64,000 bases of DNA, from positions 78,386 through 142,385 of the forward strand of contig PKEB01000014.1 in assembly GCA_002863125.1 (NCBI GenBank). The letters are read 5' to 3'. How positions within the stretch are numbered: the stretch's first letter is position 1; each line of letters opens with the position of its first letter. The translations under genes were made by a program, and so were the position numbers. This document shows, in pieces, positions 32,972 through 42,261 of the stretch. The DNA is from Flavobacteriales bacterium (GTDB taxonomy: Bacteria; Bacteroidota; Bacteroidia; Flavobacteriales_D; Sanyastnellaceae). The notes under the pieces were generated by a model, which worked only from the letters and a program-made list of their open reading frames with translations, was not told the origin of the DNA and ran no database searches.

Positions 32972-33750
32972 GCGCAGAAGCCTCTCGCCCCCTCATCCTC
33001 ATCACCAATGACGACGGCATCCAAGCCAAGGGCATTCAAGCCTTGGCAAGCGCCATGGTCCAGCACGGTGATGTCGTTGTCGTAGCGCCCGACCGCGCTC
33101 AAAGCGGCATGGGCCACGCCGTGACCATCAATGGCATTCTGAAAATGGAGCCGGTTACATTTGGCGTTGAAGGCGTTCAAGCGGCTTGGCAGACCACGGG
33201 CACACCGGTTGATTGCGTCAAGCTTGCCATCTATGAAATCTTGGGCAAAAAACCCGACCTGTTGCTCAGCGGCATCAACCACGGAAGCAACGCCAGCATC
33301 AACGTCATCTACAGCGGCACCATGTCCGCCGCCGTCGAAGGTGCCGTTGAGGGCATCCCATCCATCGGATTCAGCTTGTTGAACCATGCCCCCACAGCCG
33401 ATTTCTCTGCGTGCCTGCCGTACGTCGAAAAACTCGCATTGGCGGTTCTTCACCATTCCTTGCCCGAAGGCACGTGCCTCAACGTCAATGTCCCCAATTT
33501 GCCCGGAAACGAGCTGAAAGGACTCAAGGTATGTCGGCAATCCGCCGGCCATTGGGAGGACGCGTTTGACAAGCGCACTTCACCTAGCGGCAACCCGTAT
33601 TTCTGGATGACAGGCAAATTTTCCAATCCCGACCAAGGCCAAGACACCGATGAATGGGCCTTGCGGAACGGATTCGTGAGCGTTGTCCCGACGCAATTTG
33701 ATTTGACTGCCCACCACGCCATTTCCACCCTCAACCAATGGGATCTGTGA
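32968..33750 (+). CDS. surE: 5'/3'-nucleotidase SurE
   Basis: LILITNDDGIQAKGI, GINHGSNAS, YSGTMSAA. ATGA overlap with the pepD stop. Confidence 0.93.
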   Translation: MSAEASRPLILITNDDGIQAKGIQALASAMVQHGDVVVVAPDRAQSGMGHAVTINGILKMEPVTFGVEGVQAAWQTTGTPVDCVKLAIYEILGKKPDLLLSGINHGSNASINVIYSGTMSAAVEGAVEGIPSIGFSLLNHAPTADFSACLPYVEKLALAVLHHSLPEGTCLNVNVPNLPGNELKGLKVCRQSAGHWEDAFDKRTSPSGNPYFWMTGKFSNPDQGQDTDEWALRNGFVSVVPTQFDLTAHHAISTLNQWDL

Positions 33751-34058
33751 GCACCCATCGATTGGATCACTCCGGTTTCGGATTCGCAGCAGGTTTGCTT
33801 GGAACCGGCATCGGTTTCATTGCCATGACGGTTTGGTGGAGTTGGGCCAACGGCACCTCATTTGACTATTTCATCCAAGACGTATTCATGGGGAGCGCAC
33901 TGTACAAAGACAGCATCCTGACCATCAGCGTATTGTTCAATGTGGGCGTCTTCTGGCTTGCCATGCGAAAAGATTGGGACCGCTTTGCGCGGGGCGTTCT
34001 GGGGGTCATCTTCATCACGGTGCCCATGATCATCTGGTTGCAATCGCAGGCCTTTTAA
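33738..34058 (+). CDS. small hypothetical membrane protein
   Basis: 106 aa with three predicted hydrophobic helices. It fills the gap between surE and lpxB on the same strand. No recognised family. Confidence 0.5.
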   Translation: MGSVSTHRLDHSGFGFAAGLLGTGIGFIAMTVWWSWANGTSFDYFIQDVFMGSALYKDSILTISVLFNVGVFWLAMRKDWDRFARGVLGVIFITVPMIIWLQSQAF

Positions 34059-34071
34059 CTCCGCCTTATCG

Positions 34072-35205
34072 ATGGTTCAACCCGGCAATTCTACCGCATC
34101 GGTTCAACGAGTTTTCATCATCGCAGGTGAGGCATCCGGGGACGCGTACGGAGGGTTGCTCGTCCGCGCCCTGCGCGACGCTCAGCCTGCGGTCGAAATT
34201 CAATGTTGGGGTGGCGAGGCCATGGAAGCTGCCGGCGCTACATGCCTCCGGCATTATCAAACCCTCGCATTCATGGGCCTGTGGGAGGTCGTAAAAAATG
34301 CTTGGACGATTCGCCGGCGATTCAAGGAATGCTGGGCCCAGATTGAAGCGTTTCAGCCGGATGCCGTGGTGGGTATGGATTACCCTGGATTCAACTTGCG
34401 CATGGCGAGGAAAGCCAAACGAGCTGGAATCAAAACGCACCATTACATTTCTCCTTCGGTGTGGGCTTGGAAGAAAAACAGGGTACGCACCATCCAGCGC
34501 GACATCGACCATTTGCACGTCATTTTGCCGTTCGAAAAAGAATGGTATGCGCGCGAAGGCGTGGACGTGCATTGGGTTGGGCATCCGCTGCTGGAATTGC
34601 TCGATAAAGAAAAACAAACCACGGCATCACCAAGCGGCGGCAAACCCAGGCTTCTCCTCCTCCCTGGCTCACGAGCGCAAGAGCTAGAACGCATGCTGCC
34701 CATCCTTGTACGCACTGCCCTGAGCCTGCCAGAATTTGAAGCAGTTGTTGCAGGCGCACCTGGGCGTTCCATCGCAGACTACCGCACGGCCGTCGATGCC
34801 GGGATTCCCATTGAATTTGGGCGCACCCGTAGCTTGATGCAATCGTGCGATATCGGACTGATCACTTCGGGGACCGCGACGCTTGAAGCGGCCTTGCTCG
34901 GACTGCCCCATGTGGTTTGTTATAAAACGAGCCGTATGACTTACGCCTTCGCTCGCCTGTTGGTTCAATCGAAGTGGATTGGCCTGCCCAATATCTTGCT
35001 GCAGCAAAACGCCGTTCCCGAGCACATCCAAGAACAATGCAAACCGGAAGCGTTGCGCCGTGCAGCCCTCGCTCTGCACGATGGACATGCCCTGGCGTCA
35101 TCGGGAGCCCATCAATTGCAGCAATTCAAGGCACTGGAACAATCGCTGAGATCGAAGCAAACCGCTTCGCAGCAGGTGGCCGATTCCATCCTCACCAAAG
35201 CATGA
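34072..35205 (+). CDS. lpxB: lipid-A-disaccharide synthase
   Basis: 377 aa. RVFIIAGEASGDAYGG, YISPSVWAWKKNR, LLPGSR and SGTATLEAALLGLP are LpxB-typical. Confidence 0.93.
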   Translation: MVQPGNSTASVQRVFIIAGEASGDAYGGLLVRALRDAQPAVEIQCWGGEAMEAAGATCLRHYQTLAFMGLWEVVKNAWTIRRRFKECWAQIEAFQPDAVVGMDYPGFNLRMARKAKRAGIKTHHYISPSVWAWKKNRVRTIQRDIDHLHVILPFEKEWYAREGVDVHWVGHPLLELLDKEKQTTASPSGGKPRLLLLPGSRAQELERMLPILVRTALSLPEFEAVVAGAPGRSIADYRTAVDAGIPIEFGRTRSLMQSCDIGLITSGTATLEAALLGLPHVVCYKTSRMTYAFARLLVQSKWIGLPNILLQQNAVPEHIQEQCKPEALRRAALALHDGHALASSGAHQLQQFKALEQSLRSKQTASQQVADSILTKA

Positions 35206-36302
35206 TTGCGCGGATTGGGCTACTTGTACTGATCGCCTTGTCGGCGGCCACAGCCAACGGCCAACCGCCATCCACCATTGCCGTCGGGCTCGAAGACTTT
35301 CAAACCGCACAGCACATTCGGTGTCAAGCTGTGAATGGCTCCTACGCATGGACTGTGGTCAAGAACGGCAGCCTCCAAACCGCTGGCGCGCTGGAGGGCA
35401 TCCATCGCATTGCAAAAACCAATCGCGGTTTCACTGTGTCAACACAGGAAGGAAACCTGGAGGCCCGCTACCTCATCCTCCAACCGACGCAAGGCGTCGC
35501 CACGCTTCGGCTCATCTCCGAGCCTATGGGTTACCGGCAATACACCGGAGCGGTGCATTTCTATTGGCACGCCGGTGACTGGCACGTCGCTTTGGAAACT
35601 GATTTGGAAGACTACGTGGCCGGCGTACTCGTGAGTGAAATTGGAAAAGGACACGCGGAGGCGCTCTACACGGCGCACGCGATCGTGAGCAGAACCTATG
35701 CCCTGAACACCTTTGGCAGGCATCGGCTCGAAGGCTACGACGTCTGTGACCAAGTGCATTGCCAAGCGTTTGACGGCGTCTTAACTGTCAACGACACCAT
35801 CCGCCGGGGATGCCGTGCTTCAAGGCACTTGGTGCTCACGGATCGACTGGGCCTTCCCATTCCGGCTGCCTTCCACTCGAATTGTGGCGGCATGACGCGC
35901 AGCTCGGATGCCGTTTGGCAGGAAGCCTCTCCGCACCTCGAGCCGGTTCACGATGCGGCCTGTGCCGGGGGCACACATGCACGCTGGGAGCGGCAAATCC
36001 AGCGCGCCGCATGGGAAGATTGGCAATTGGTCCACGCCGCAGACCCAACGAATACCGCCACTGCGCGCGAGGCATTCAACCTCCCAAGTGACCGGTTTGA
36101 AGTGATGCAGGATGGTGAAACCACAACGCTAACGGGATGGGGATTCGGGCACGGTGTGGGCTTTTGCCAAGAAGGCGCCATGAAGCGCGCTCAAAACGGG
36201 GCATCCCCGTGGGAGCTCTTAACCACCTACTACCAGCGCATTCGGCTCACGGCGTTGGAACGCGTCACAGTCCCAAGAGCGCGCGCCGCTTCGGGTAAGT
36301 AA
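35202..36302 (+). CDS. SpoIID/LytB domain-containing protein
   Basis: ATG at 35202 (ATGA overlap with the lpxB stop) gives signal peptide MIARIGLLVLIALSAATANG. Motifs YVAGVLVSEIG, AIVSRTYAL, VCDQVHCQAF, FHSNCGG and GHGVGFCQEGA. Confidence 0.85.
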   Translation: MIARIGLLVLIALSAATANGQPPSTIAVGLEDFQTAQHIRCQAVNGSYAWTVVKNGSLQTAGALEGIHRIAKTNRGFTVSTQEGNLEARYLILQPTQGVATLRLISEPMGYRQYTGAVHFYWHAGDWHVALETDLEDYVAGVLVSEIGKGHAEALYTAHAIVSRTYALNTFGRHRLEGYDVCDQVHCQAFDGVLTVNDTIRRGCRASRHLVLTDRLGLPIPAAFHSNCGGMTRSSDAVWQEASPHLEPVHDAACAGGTHARWERQIQRAAWEDWQLVHAADPTNTATAREAFNLPSDRFEVMQDGETTTLTGWGFGHGVGFCQEGAMKRAQNGASPWELLTTYYQRIRLTALERVTVPRARAASGK

Positions 36303-37863
36303 CCACGTAGCCAAACGACAACGTGCGGCGTTCGTTGGGACCCAGTTCAAGGTCCCAAACCACTTGGCCCGTCACCGCATCCAACTCGCCTCCGCTCAGC
36401 CCCAGCACCTCCACCTGGATGTCACTGCTCTTCGCGACAGGGACTGCATCTTGCACCGCCACCGAAACGGTGCGATTGTGCTGGTTTTCCACGGTGATTT
36501 CAAACGACTGCGCGGTCTTGCGCGACCCTCCAAAAACAGTGCTTGTACACCGGTCCAAGACGCGTTCCCGGTTCGCACGGACCCGAACATCTTGACCCAG
36601 GGGAATGTGCAAGGTGTCTCCGGGAGCAGGCAACTGCATGTAATAGGCGCCTCGGTACGTGCCACCGGCAATCACTTGCACCAGGCCAGGAACCAGTCGG
36701 GATGCGACCCACCCACCAGAATTCGCCAATTGGTAGGCCTCATCGGTGTACTCGGGCAACAGCAAATAACTCAATTCGCCTTCGAGGTCCAACGCCTCGA
36801 TGAAGATGCGTTCCCGAGAACCGTCTCCACGGATGACCGCCGCATTGGCCGGAGCGAATGCATACCGTTCCACAGGGTTTGCGCCTGCAGTGCGGTCGGT
36901 TCGCAACCCTTCAACGGGGTCTTCGAAAGCATCTGCCGAGGCATCTTCGTCAAATGATGCCTGCGCCTCCCACGCATAGGCGTCGGCGGTTTGGCTGTAA
37001 CCCAAACTCAGCTGCTTCTTGACTGCCGCAGGCGGAGCGATGGATTGGAGCGGATTGCCGACGACAAACACCACAGGTACCCCGTTCCAATCTTGTCCCG
37101 TGGATTGAAAGACCGAAGCATACCGCTTTATTTGGATGCCGCCATCTTCATCGACTTCGGCGTCGTATACAGGCGACCAGCCTGCCTCGGAAACCACGTA
37201 ACTGACCCGGACATCGTGGCGGGATTTGGGTGGACCTGAAAACCGCAAGGTCCACTGGCCTTCGCGGGCGTCCATGGCCTCACTCCATTCTTGGCGTTCA
37301 GCCTCCAAGTCGTTCATCGTCGCTGTGAGCGCCTCCATTTCCATTCGGAGCTCGAGCATGAGGTAACTCAATTCCTTCACCCGCTCTCGCCAGAAATTCG
37401 CATGATCCCGAAGGTCGTCGACCAGCAGCAATTCATCCCCGTTCACGCTTCGGTTGGATCGGATCATGGCGAGTTCTTCCTCGTAGGCCAACAGCAACGC
37501 TTCCCGCAAGGAATATGTCTGCTGCTTGGATTCAATGGCCCGATCCATTTCTGCTTGCCGCAGTGCCGCCTGCTCCATGCGACCGGCGGGCGTTGCTGTT
37601 GTAAATGCATGCGAGGCGAGCGACCAATCAGGTCCCAATGATACCTGGAGCATGTCAGCTGCGACCGAAGCGGACAATCCGGTCAACGTGACCGTTGCCG
37701 CTCCTTGCCCATCCAAAGCGACGCTGCCGCTACGTTCGATTTTGGCCCCGCGTTCGTAGACGGTTGCCGCCTCAATGGGCCATTGAACGGATTGACCAAA
37801 AGCGTTGGGCGTGGCAAAAACGCCTGCAACCCAGAGGGTGAATAACCATGGAATCTGCTTCAT
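36265..37863 (-). CDS. DUF4139 (MuiA-like) domain-containing secreted protein
   Basis: 532 aa with a signal peptide. N-terminal DUF4140-like start (ATVYERGAKIERSGSV), a central coiled-coil segment, and a C-terminal DUF4139-like region. This is a family call from memory. Confidence 0.6.
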   Translation of the reverse strand: MKQIPWLFTLWVAGVFATPNAFGQSVQWPIEAATVYERGAKIERSGSVALDGQGAATVTLTGLSASVAADMLQVSLGPDWSLASHAFTTATPAGRMEQAALRQAEMDRAIESKQQTYSLREALLLAYEEELAMIRSNRSVNGDELLLVDDLRDHANFWRERVKELSYLMLELRMEMEALTATMNDLEAERQEWSEAMDAREGQWTLRFSGPPKSRHDVRVSYVVSEAGWSPVYDAEVDEDGGIQIKRYASVFQSTGQDWNGVPVVFVVGNPLQSIAPPAAVKKQLSLGYSQTADAYAWEAQASFDEDASADAFEDPVEGLRTDRTAGANPVERYAFAPANAAVIRGDGSRERIFIEALDLEGELSYLLLPEYTDEAYQLANSGGWVASRLVPGLVQVIAGGTYRGAYYMQLPAPGDTLHIPLGQDVRVRANRERVLDRCTSTVFGGSRKTAQSFEITVENQHNRTVSVAVQDAVPVAKSSDIQVEVLGLSGGELDAVTGQVVWDLELGPNERRTLSFGYVVTYPKRRALLGL

Positions 37864-37876
37864 GCTCGTGAGAATT

Positions 37877-38863
37877 CTACTGACAAATTACGGTATCCTG
37901 CCATACACCGTAACCCGCCCACAGGCCAATTCCGCCCTCGACGTTGGTGATCATGTTGGCGGGTGGGGCGAAAGGACTGCCTTGGCTCAGGATCAACGTC
38001 TCATAACTGCGAATGGCCAAGAACACCTGTTCATCGATGGAACAAAGCCGCACCACAACCGTGTCACCTGCCTTGAAATAGCCCGCCTCAGGACTGGTGC
38101 CGAGTTCATCATCCCACGCGGTGCTCCCTGCCGCGACCCCGCGAAAGGCAGAAAACTCAAAAGACAACCCGTTGTAGAAGGCATCATCGGTCACACTGCC
38201 CAAAGGCGCGATAAAGTCCGCGTCCTTTACCTGGCCCGCCAGCGGATCCCATTCCGGTCGAACATTAATGCGCTTTGCGAACCATCGGTAAGCGTTTCCA
38301 ATGGTGTCCGGGTCGGTAAACTGGGCGTACATCAACCCCAGCGAATCCAGGGTGCCGGGTGATTGAAACCATGCGGAATCCACTGGAACGGCTGGGATGA
38401 TGGACGTCGTTGCTTGCATGCTGGCGTCTGCGACGGTGACATCCAATGCGTACGTTGTTCCGGCCTCGCCGCGCCATGCCGGATCGAAAGATGTGTAAAC
38501 GCACAAGTCCAACTCGGCCAAGAGTGTGTCGGGAAAACCCAGGATTTCCTCGGCCGACTCCAGCAATTCCGGGGGTAAATCCGACGTGCACAACTCATCC
38601 AATTCAACGGTTGTTGTCCCGTCGCTCAGGTGCACGGTCGCCCCTGCCAAGAATGCCTGCCCAATGGAATTGGCATCCACCGGGTCAAAATACCCGACGG
38701 CTTCGCCGACAAAAACGATGGGCGCCTCTCCTTCAACGATGGTTCCTTCCACGACATACACCGGATCCACTTCGGGCAGATCAACCTCGATTTGTTGTTG
38801 GCAACCCGTGATGATGCACAAGAGGACGATGGAAAAAGTGGCAATGGGAGCGCTTCGCTTCAT
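37877..38863 (-). CDS. DUF4249-like lipoprotein
   Basis: Lipobox IITGCQQQ followed by IEVDLPEVDPVYVVEGTIVEGEAPIV, the pattern I associate with DUF4249. Confidence 0.5.
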   Translation of the reverse strand: MKRSAPIATFSIVLLCIITGCQQQIEVDLPEVDPVYVVEGTIVEGEAPIVFVGEAVGYFDPVDANSIGQAFLAGATVHLSDGTTTVELDELCTSDLPPELLESAEEILGFPDTLLAELDLCVYTSFDPAWRGEAGTTYALDVTVADASMQATTSIIPAVPVDSAWFQSPGTLDSLGLMYAQFTDPDTIGNAYRWFAKRINVRPEWDPLAGQVKDADFIAPLGSVTDDAFYNGLSFEFSAFRGVAAGSTAWDDELGTSPEAGYFKAGDTVVVRLCSIDEQVFLAIRSYETLILSQGSPFAPPANMITNVEGGIGLWAGYGVWQDTVICQ

Positions 38864-38965
38864 GGTTCAAAGGTAAGGCGACCGAGGACCGGCGGTCGTG
38901 GATAACCTGAAGATAAATCGCCAAATGATTCGAAATCCGCTTCACAATTCCGGAGCGGTTGCAGT

Positions 38966-38973
38966 TAGTTTTG
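38966..38973 (+). promoter_or_regulatory. candidate -7 box (TAGTTTTG) for nusB
   Basis: Perfect TAnnTTTG match, 16 nt upstream of the ATG at 38990. Confidence 0.3.
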
Positions 38974-38989
38974 TGTTTCTCTTACCAGC

Positions 38990-39934
38990 ATGCTGAATCG
39001 TCGCCACCTCCGGATCAAGATCTTGCACGTGCTCTACGCCTTTTACCAGGACGAGGATCGCGACGTGGTCAAGACCAAAAAAGCCTTGGACCACTCCATC
39101 GAGAAAATGCAAGAGTTGTACCTGCTGCTCCTGCTCATGATTGGCAGCATGCAGTCGTTTGCAATTGATCGCATCGAAGCGGGTAGAAAGAAGCAACTGC
39201 CCTCCCCGGAGGACTTGCATCCGAACACCAAGTTTGTGACCAACCGTCCGCTGCGGGTGCTGGCCAACAGCAAAAACCTCAGCAAAGCTGCCGCCGACGG
39301 CAACATCGGTTGGGGGGATCACCAAGAAATGCTGCGGAAGATTTTCCGAGGACTTCTCGACCACGAGGAGTACACGGCCTACATGGCCAGCGAGGAACAC
39401 GGTTTCCGCCACGATCGGGAATGCCTGATTCGCATGTTCCGCAAGCACATGATCAACGAAGAGCTTTTTCAGGATAACCTCGAAGAACTCAGCATCTTCT
39501 GGAACGATGACCTCGACCTCGCCGCGTCCATGGCTATCAAGACCATCAAAACGATCGGTGAAGCCGACGAGGAGGTCGAGCTCCTGCCCCTTTGGCGTGA
39601 CGATGACGATGACCGGCAGTTTTTCGAAGGGCTGTTTACCGAAACGTTAGCGCAGGCTCAGGAAAACGAAGCCTATGTCACAGAGGCGGCCGCGAATTGG
39701 GACTTGGAGCGCATCGCGCTGATGGATCGGATTTTGATGAAAATGGCCCTGGCGGAAGCCCGGACCTTCTCATCCATTCCACTGAAAGTCACCCTGAACG
39801 AGTACATCGAATTGTCGAAGTACTACAGCACTCCGAAAAGCCACGGCTTCATCAACGGAATCCTCGACGAGCTCTTCGGAAAATTGAAAAAAGACGGTGT
39901 GATCAAAAAAACAGGAAGGGGCCTCATCGAATGA
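38990..39934 (+). CDS. nusB: transcription antitermination factor NusB (long Bacteroidota form)
   Basis: MLNRRHLRIKILHVLYAF at the start and a C-terminal NusB core (LERIALMDRILMKMALAE...TLNEYIELSKYYSTPKSHGFINGILD). Confidence 0.88.
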   Translation: MLNRRHLRIKILHVLYAFYQDEDRDVVKTKKALDHSIEKMQELYLLLLLMIGSMQSFAIDRIEAGRKKQLPSPEDLHPNTKFVTNRPLRVLANSKNLSKAAADGNIGWGDHQEMLRKIFRGLLDHEEYTAYMASEEHGFRHDRECLIRMFRKHMINEELFQDNLEELSIFWNDDLDLAASMAIKTIKTIGEADEEVELLPLWRDDDDDRQFFEGLFTETLAQAQENEAYVTEAAANWDLERIALMDRILMKMALAEARTFSSIPLKVTLNEYIELSKYYSTPKSHGFINGILDELFGKLKKDGVIKKTGRGLIE

Positions 39935-40413
39935 AACGCTGGCATTCCACGTTCACTTTGTTCGCCTGGGTGGCCTTCGTGTTTTGCACGATTGGATGCG
40001 ACTGGAGCGAATCAGGCAGCGTGAGTACCGACCTCATCCACATCCCGGCAACCGCCAGCACTGTTGCATCCACCCCGGCCGACTTGCCCACTATCGCATT
40101 TACGGACACCTTGGTGGAACTGGACATTGTCAGCGAAGGCACCCAGGTCGACGTGGTGTTTTCCTTTCAGAACACGGGCAGCGCTCCATTGATCCTCTCC
40201 GACGTCAGCACATCGTGTGGGTGCACCCTCGCCGAACAATGGCCACGAGAGCCCATCCAGCCCGGCGGCAACGGTGAAGTAGCCGTGCGCTTTGACAGCC
40301 GGGGGCGTGTCGGTGCGAACCGAAAAGAGATCTTCGTTGTCACCAACGCCGTGCCTTCGACCACCACCTTGGTCTTGAACGCGGAGGTCATCGGCCCATC
40401 AACCAAAGAATAA
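39931..40413 (+). CDS. DUF1573 domain-containing lipoprotein
   Basis: ATG at 39931 (ATGA overlap with the nusB stop). Lipobox FCTIGCD and the DUF1573 core FSFQNTGSAPLILSDVSTSCGCT...PGGNGEVAVRFD. Confidence 0.8.
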   Translation: MKRWHSTFTLFAWVAFVFCTIGCDWSESGSVSTDLIHIPATASTVASTPADLPTIAFTDTLVELDIVSEGTQVDVVFSFQNTGSAPLILSDVSTSCGCTLAEQWPREPIQPGGNGEVAVRFDSRGRVGANRKEIFVVTNAVPSTTTLVLNAEVIGPSTKE

Positions 40414-40429
40414 AACAACCCTGTATACC

Positions 40430-40762
40430 ATGCTCAACTTATTCGCACGATTGACCCTCCAGAGCCCAGCTCCAGGCGAGGGTGGACTGAGTTTTTTCCT
40501 CCTCATCGGCGGGATGTTTTTAATCATGTACCTCTTCATGATCCGACCACAGGTCAAAAAACAAAAAGAAGCCAAGACCTTCCGAGAAGGGCTGAAAAAG
40601 GGCGACAAGGTCGTATCCATCGGAGGCATCCACGGCAAGGTGGTGGACATGAATGAACGCACCGTGCTCATCCAAGTCGACGGCGCCAAAATCCGCATTG
40701 AAAAAACCGCGCTGAATCCGGCCGGAGAAGCTTCAGAGGAAGACATCAAAGCCAACGCATGA
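40430..40762 (+). CDS. yajC: preprotein translocase subunit YajC
   Basis: 110 aa. LIMYLFMIRPQVKKQKE...LKKGDKVVSIGGIHGKVVD is classic YajC. Confidence 0.92.
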   Translation: MLNLFARLTLQSPAPGEGGLSFFLLIGGMFLIMYLFMIRPQVKKQKEAKTFREGLKKGDKVVSIGGIHGKVVDMNERTVLIQVDGAKIRIEKTALNPAGEASEEDIKANA

Positions 40763-42231
40763 TGCCGCAGCAGCCCGCCATGCCTTCCTTGGGGCTGTCC
40801 TTGGTTCCCGTCGTCGCTCTGATTTTATTGCTCGCAGCAGACGTTATCGCCTTCGGTGAAGACAGTTCATACGGAGCCAACCAGATTGCCATGCTCCTGG
40901 CGGCCTTCATCGCAGGCAGCATCGGCATGGCCCGCGGCGTACAGTGGAAGGCCATCAGCGTAGCCATCGGCCACTCTGTTTCTCAAGCGGCCGAGGCCAT
41001 CCTCCTCATACTGATGATTGGCGCGTTGTCCGGCACCTGGCTCATCGCCGGCATCATCCCAGCATTCATTCATTACGGACTCCAGATTCTCGAGCCGGGA
41101 ATATTCTTATTTGCCGCGTGCGTCATCTGCGGTTTGCTCTCGCTCGCCACCGGTAGCTCATGGGGCACCGTCGGCACCGTTGGCGTCGCCCTCGTCGGCA
41201 TCGGTACGGCATTGGGACTGAGTGAAGGATGGATTGCGGGTGCCATCATTTCAGGCGCGTATTTTGGTGATAAAATGTCGCCATTGAGTGACACCACGAA
41301 CATCGCAGCCGTCGTGGGCGGTTCTGATCTGTTCAGCCACATTCGGTACATGACCCTGACAACGGTTCCCAGCCTCTTGATTGCGCTAACCGTTTTCTTG
41401 ATTGCCGGATTTGGGGGAGCGGCGGCAGCCGACGGCGTATCTACGGCCTTCGCTGACGAATTCGGCGTCGCTGTATTTGAGGCCTTCAACATCCACGTGG
41501 GTCTCTTCCTCTCACCCGTTGTCATCATCTTCTTGATTGCCCGAAAGGTTCCGGCTGTCCCAGCATTGCTTATCGGTACGCTGCTGGGTGCTGTCACGGC
41601 TGTTGTTTTTCAACCGGATGTAATCAGGGAAGTGGCTGGAATCAGTGATGAAGCCGGCGGCTATGCCCTCGCTGCATTCAAAGCATGCATCCAATCCATG
41701 GCATTGGACAGTGCCATTTCCACCTCCAACGACATGGCCAATGCATTGCTCTCCTCGAGCGGTATGGCCGGAATGCTCAACACCATCTGGCTCATCCTGT
41801 GCGCCATGGTTTTCGGGGCCACCATGCAAGCTACGCAAATGCTTGAGCGCATCACACAGGCCATTTTAAGTGGGGTACAATCGACCTTCGGCCTCGTGGG
41901 AAGAACCGTTGGCACCTGCCTTGCGTTCAACATCATTGCCTCCGACCAATACCTGGCCATTGTCGTTCCCGGGAATATGCTCAAGGATGCGTATCCCGAG
42001 CGCGACCTCGCCCCGGAAAACCTCAGCCGGACGCTGGAAGACAGCGGAACGGTCACCAGCGTGCTCATTCCATGGAACACCTGCGGGGTGGCCCAAAGCG
42101 GCATTCTCGGCGTGGCCACATGGGCCTACTTGCCCTACTGCATCTTCAATTGGGTCAGTCCGCTGATGACCATGACCGTGGCGGCTGTCGGCTTCCGTAT
42201 CAAGCGTTTGTCCGACGTGAAGGCAAATTGA
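40759..42231 (+). CDS. nhaC: Na+/H+ antiporter NhaC family
   Basis: 490-aa polytopic membrane protein with NhaC-like blocks (GALSGTWLIAGIIP, SGAYFGDKMSPLSDTTN, PWNTCG). ATGA overlap with the yajC stop. Confidence 0.85.
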   Translation: MMPQQPAMPSLGLSLVPVVALILLLAADVIAFGEDSSYGANQIAMLLAAFIAGSIGMARGVQWKAISVAIGHSVSQAAEAILLILMIGALSGTWLIAGIIPAFIHYGLQILEPGIFLFAACVICGLLSLATGSSWGTVGTVGVALVGIGTALGLSEGWIAGAIISGAYFGDKMSPLSDTTNIAAVVGGSDLFSHIRYMTLTTVPSLLIALTVFLIAGFGGAAAADGVSTAFADEFGVAVFEAFNIHVGLFLSPVVIIFLIARKVPAVPALLIGTLLGAVTAVVFQPDVIREVAGISDEAGGYALAAFKACIQSMALDSAISTSNDMANALLSSSGMAGMLNTIWLILCAMVFGATMQATQMLERITQAILSGVQSTFGLVGRTVGTCLAFNIIASDQYLAIVVPGNMLKDAYPERDLAPENLSRTLEDSGTVTSVLIPWNTCGVAQSGILGVATWAYLPYCIFNWVSPLMTMTVAAVGFRIKRLSDVKAN

Positions 42232-42261
42232 ACACGGGGTTGAACGATTTGTTGGCTTCCC

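Noticed and set aside
38879-38898. Hairpin CGACCG-N8-CGGTCG, 16 nt upstream of the DUF4249 start codon
   Set aside because: The stem is only 6 bp and there is no U tract on either strand. It is too weak to call as a terminator or a regulatory structure.
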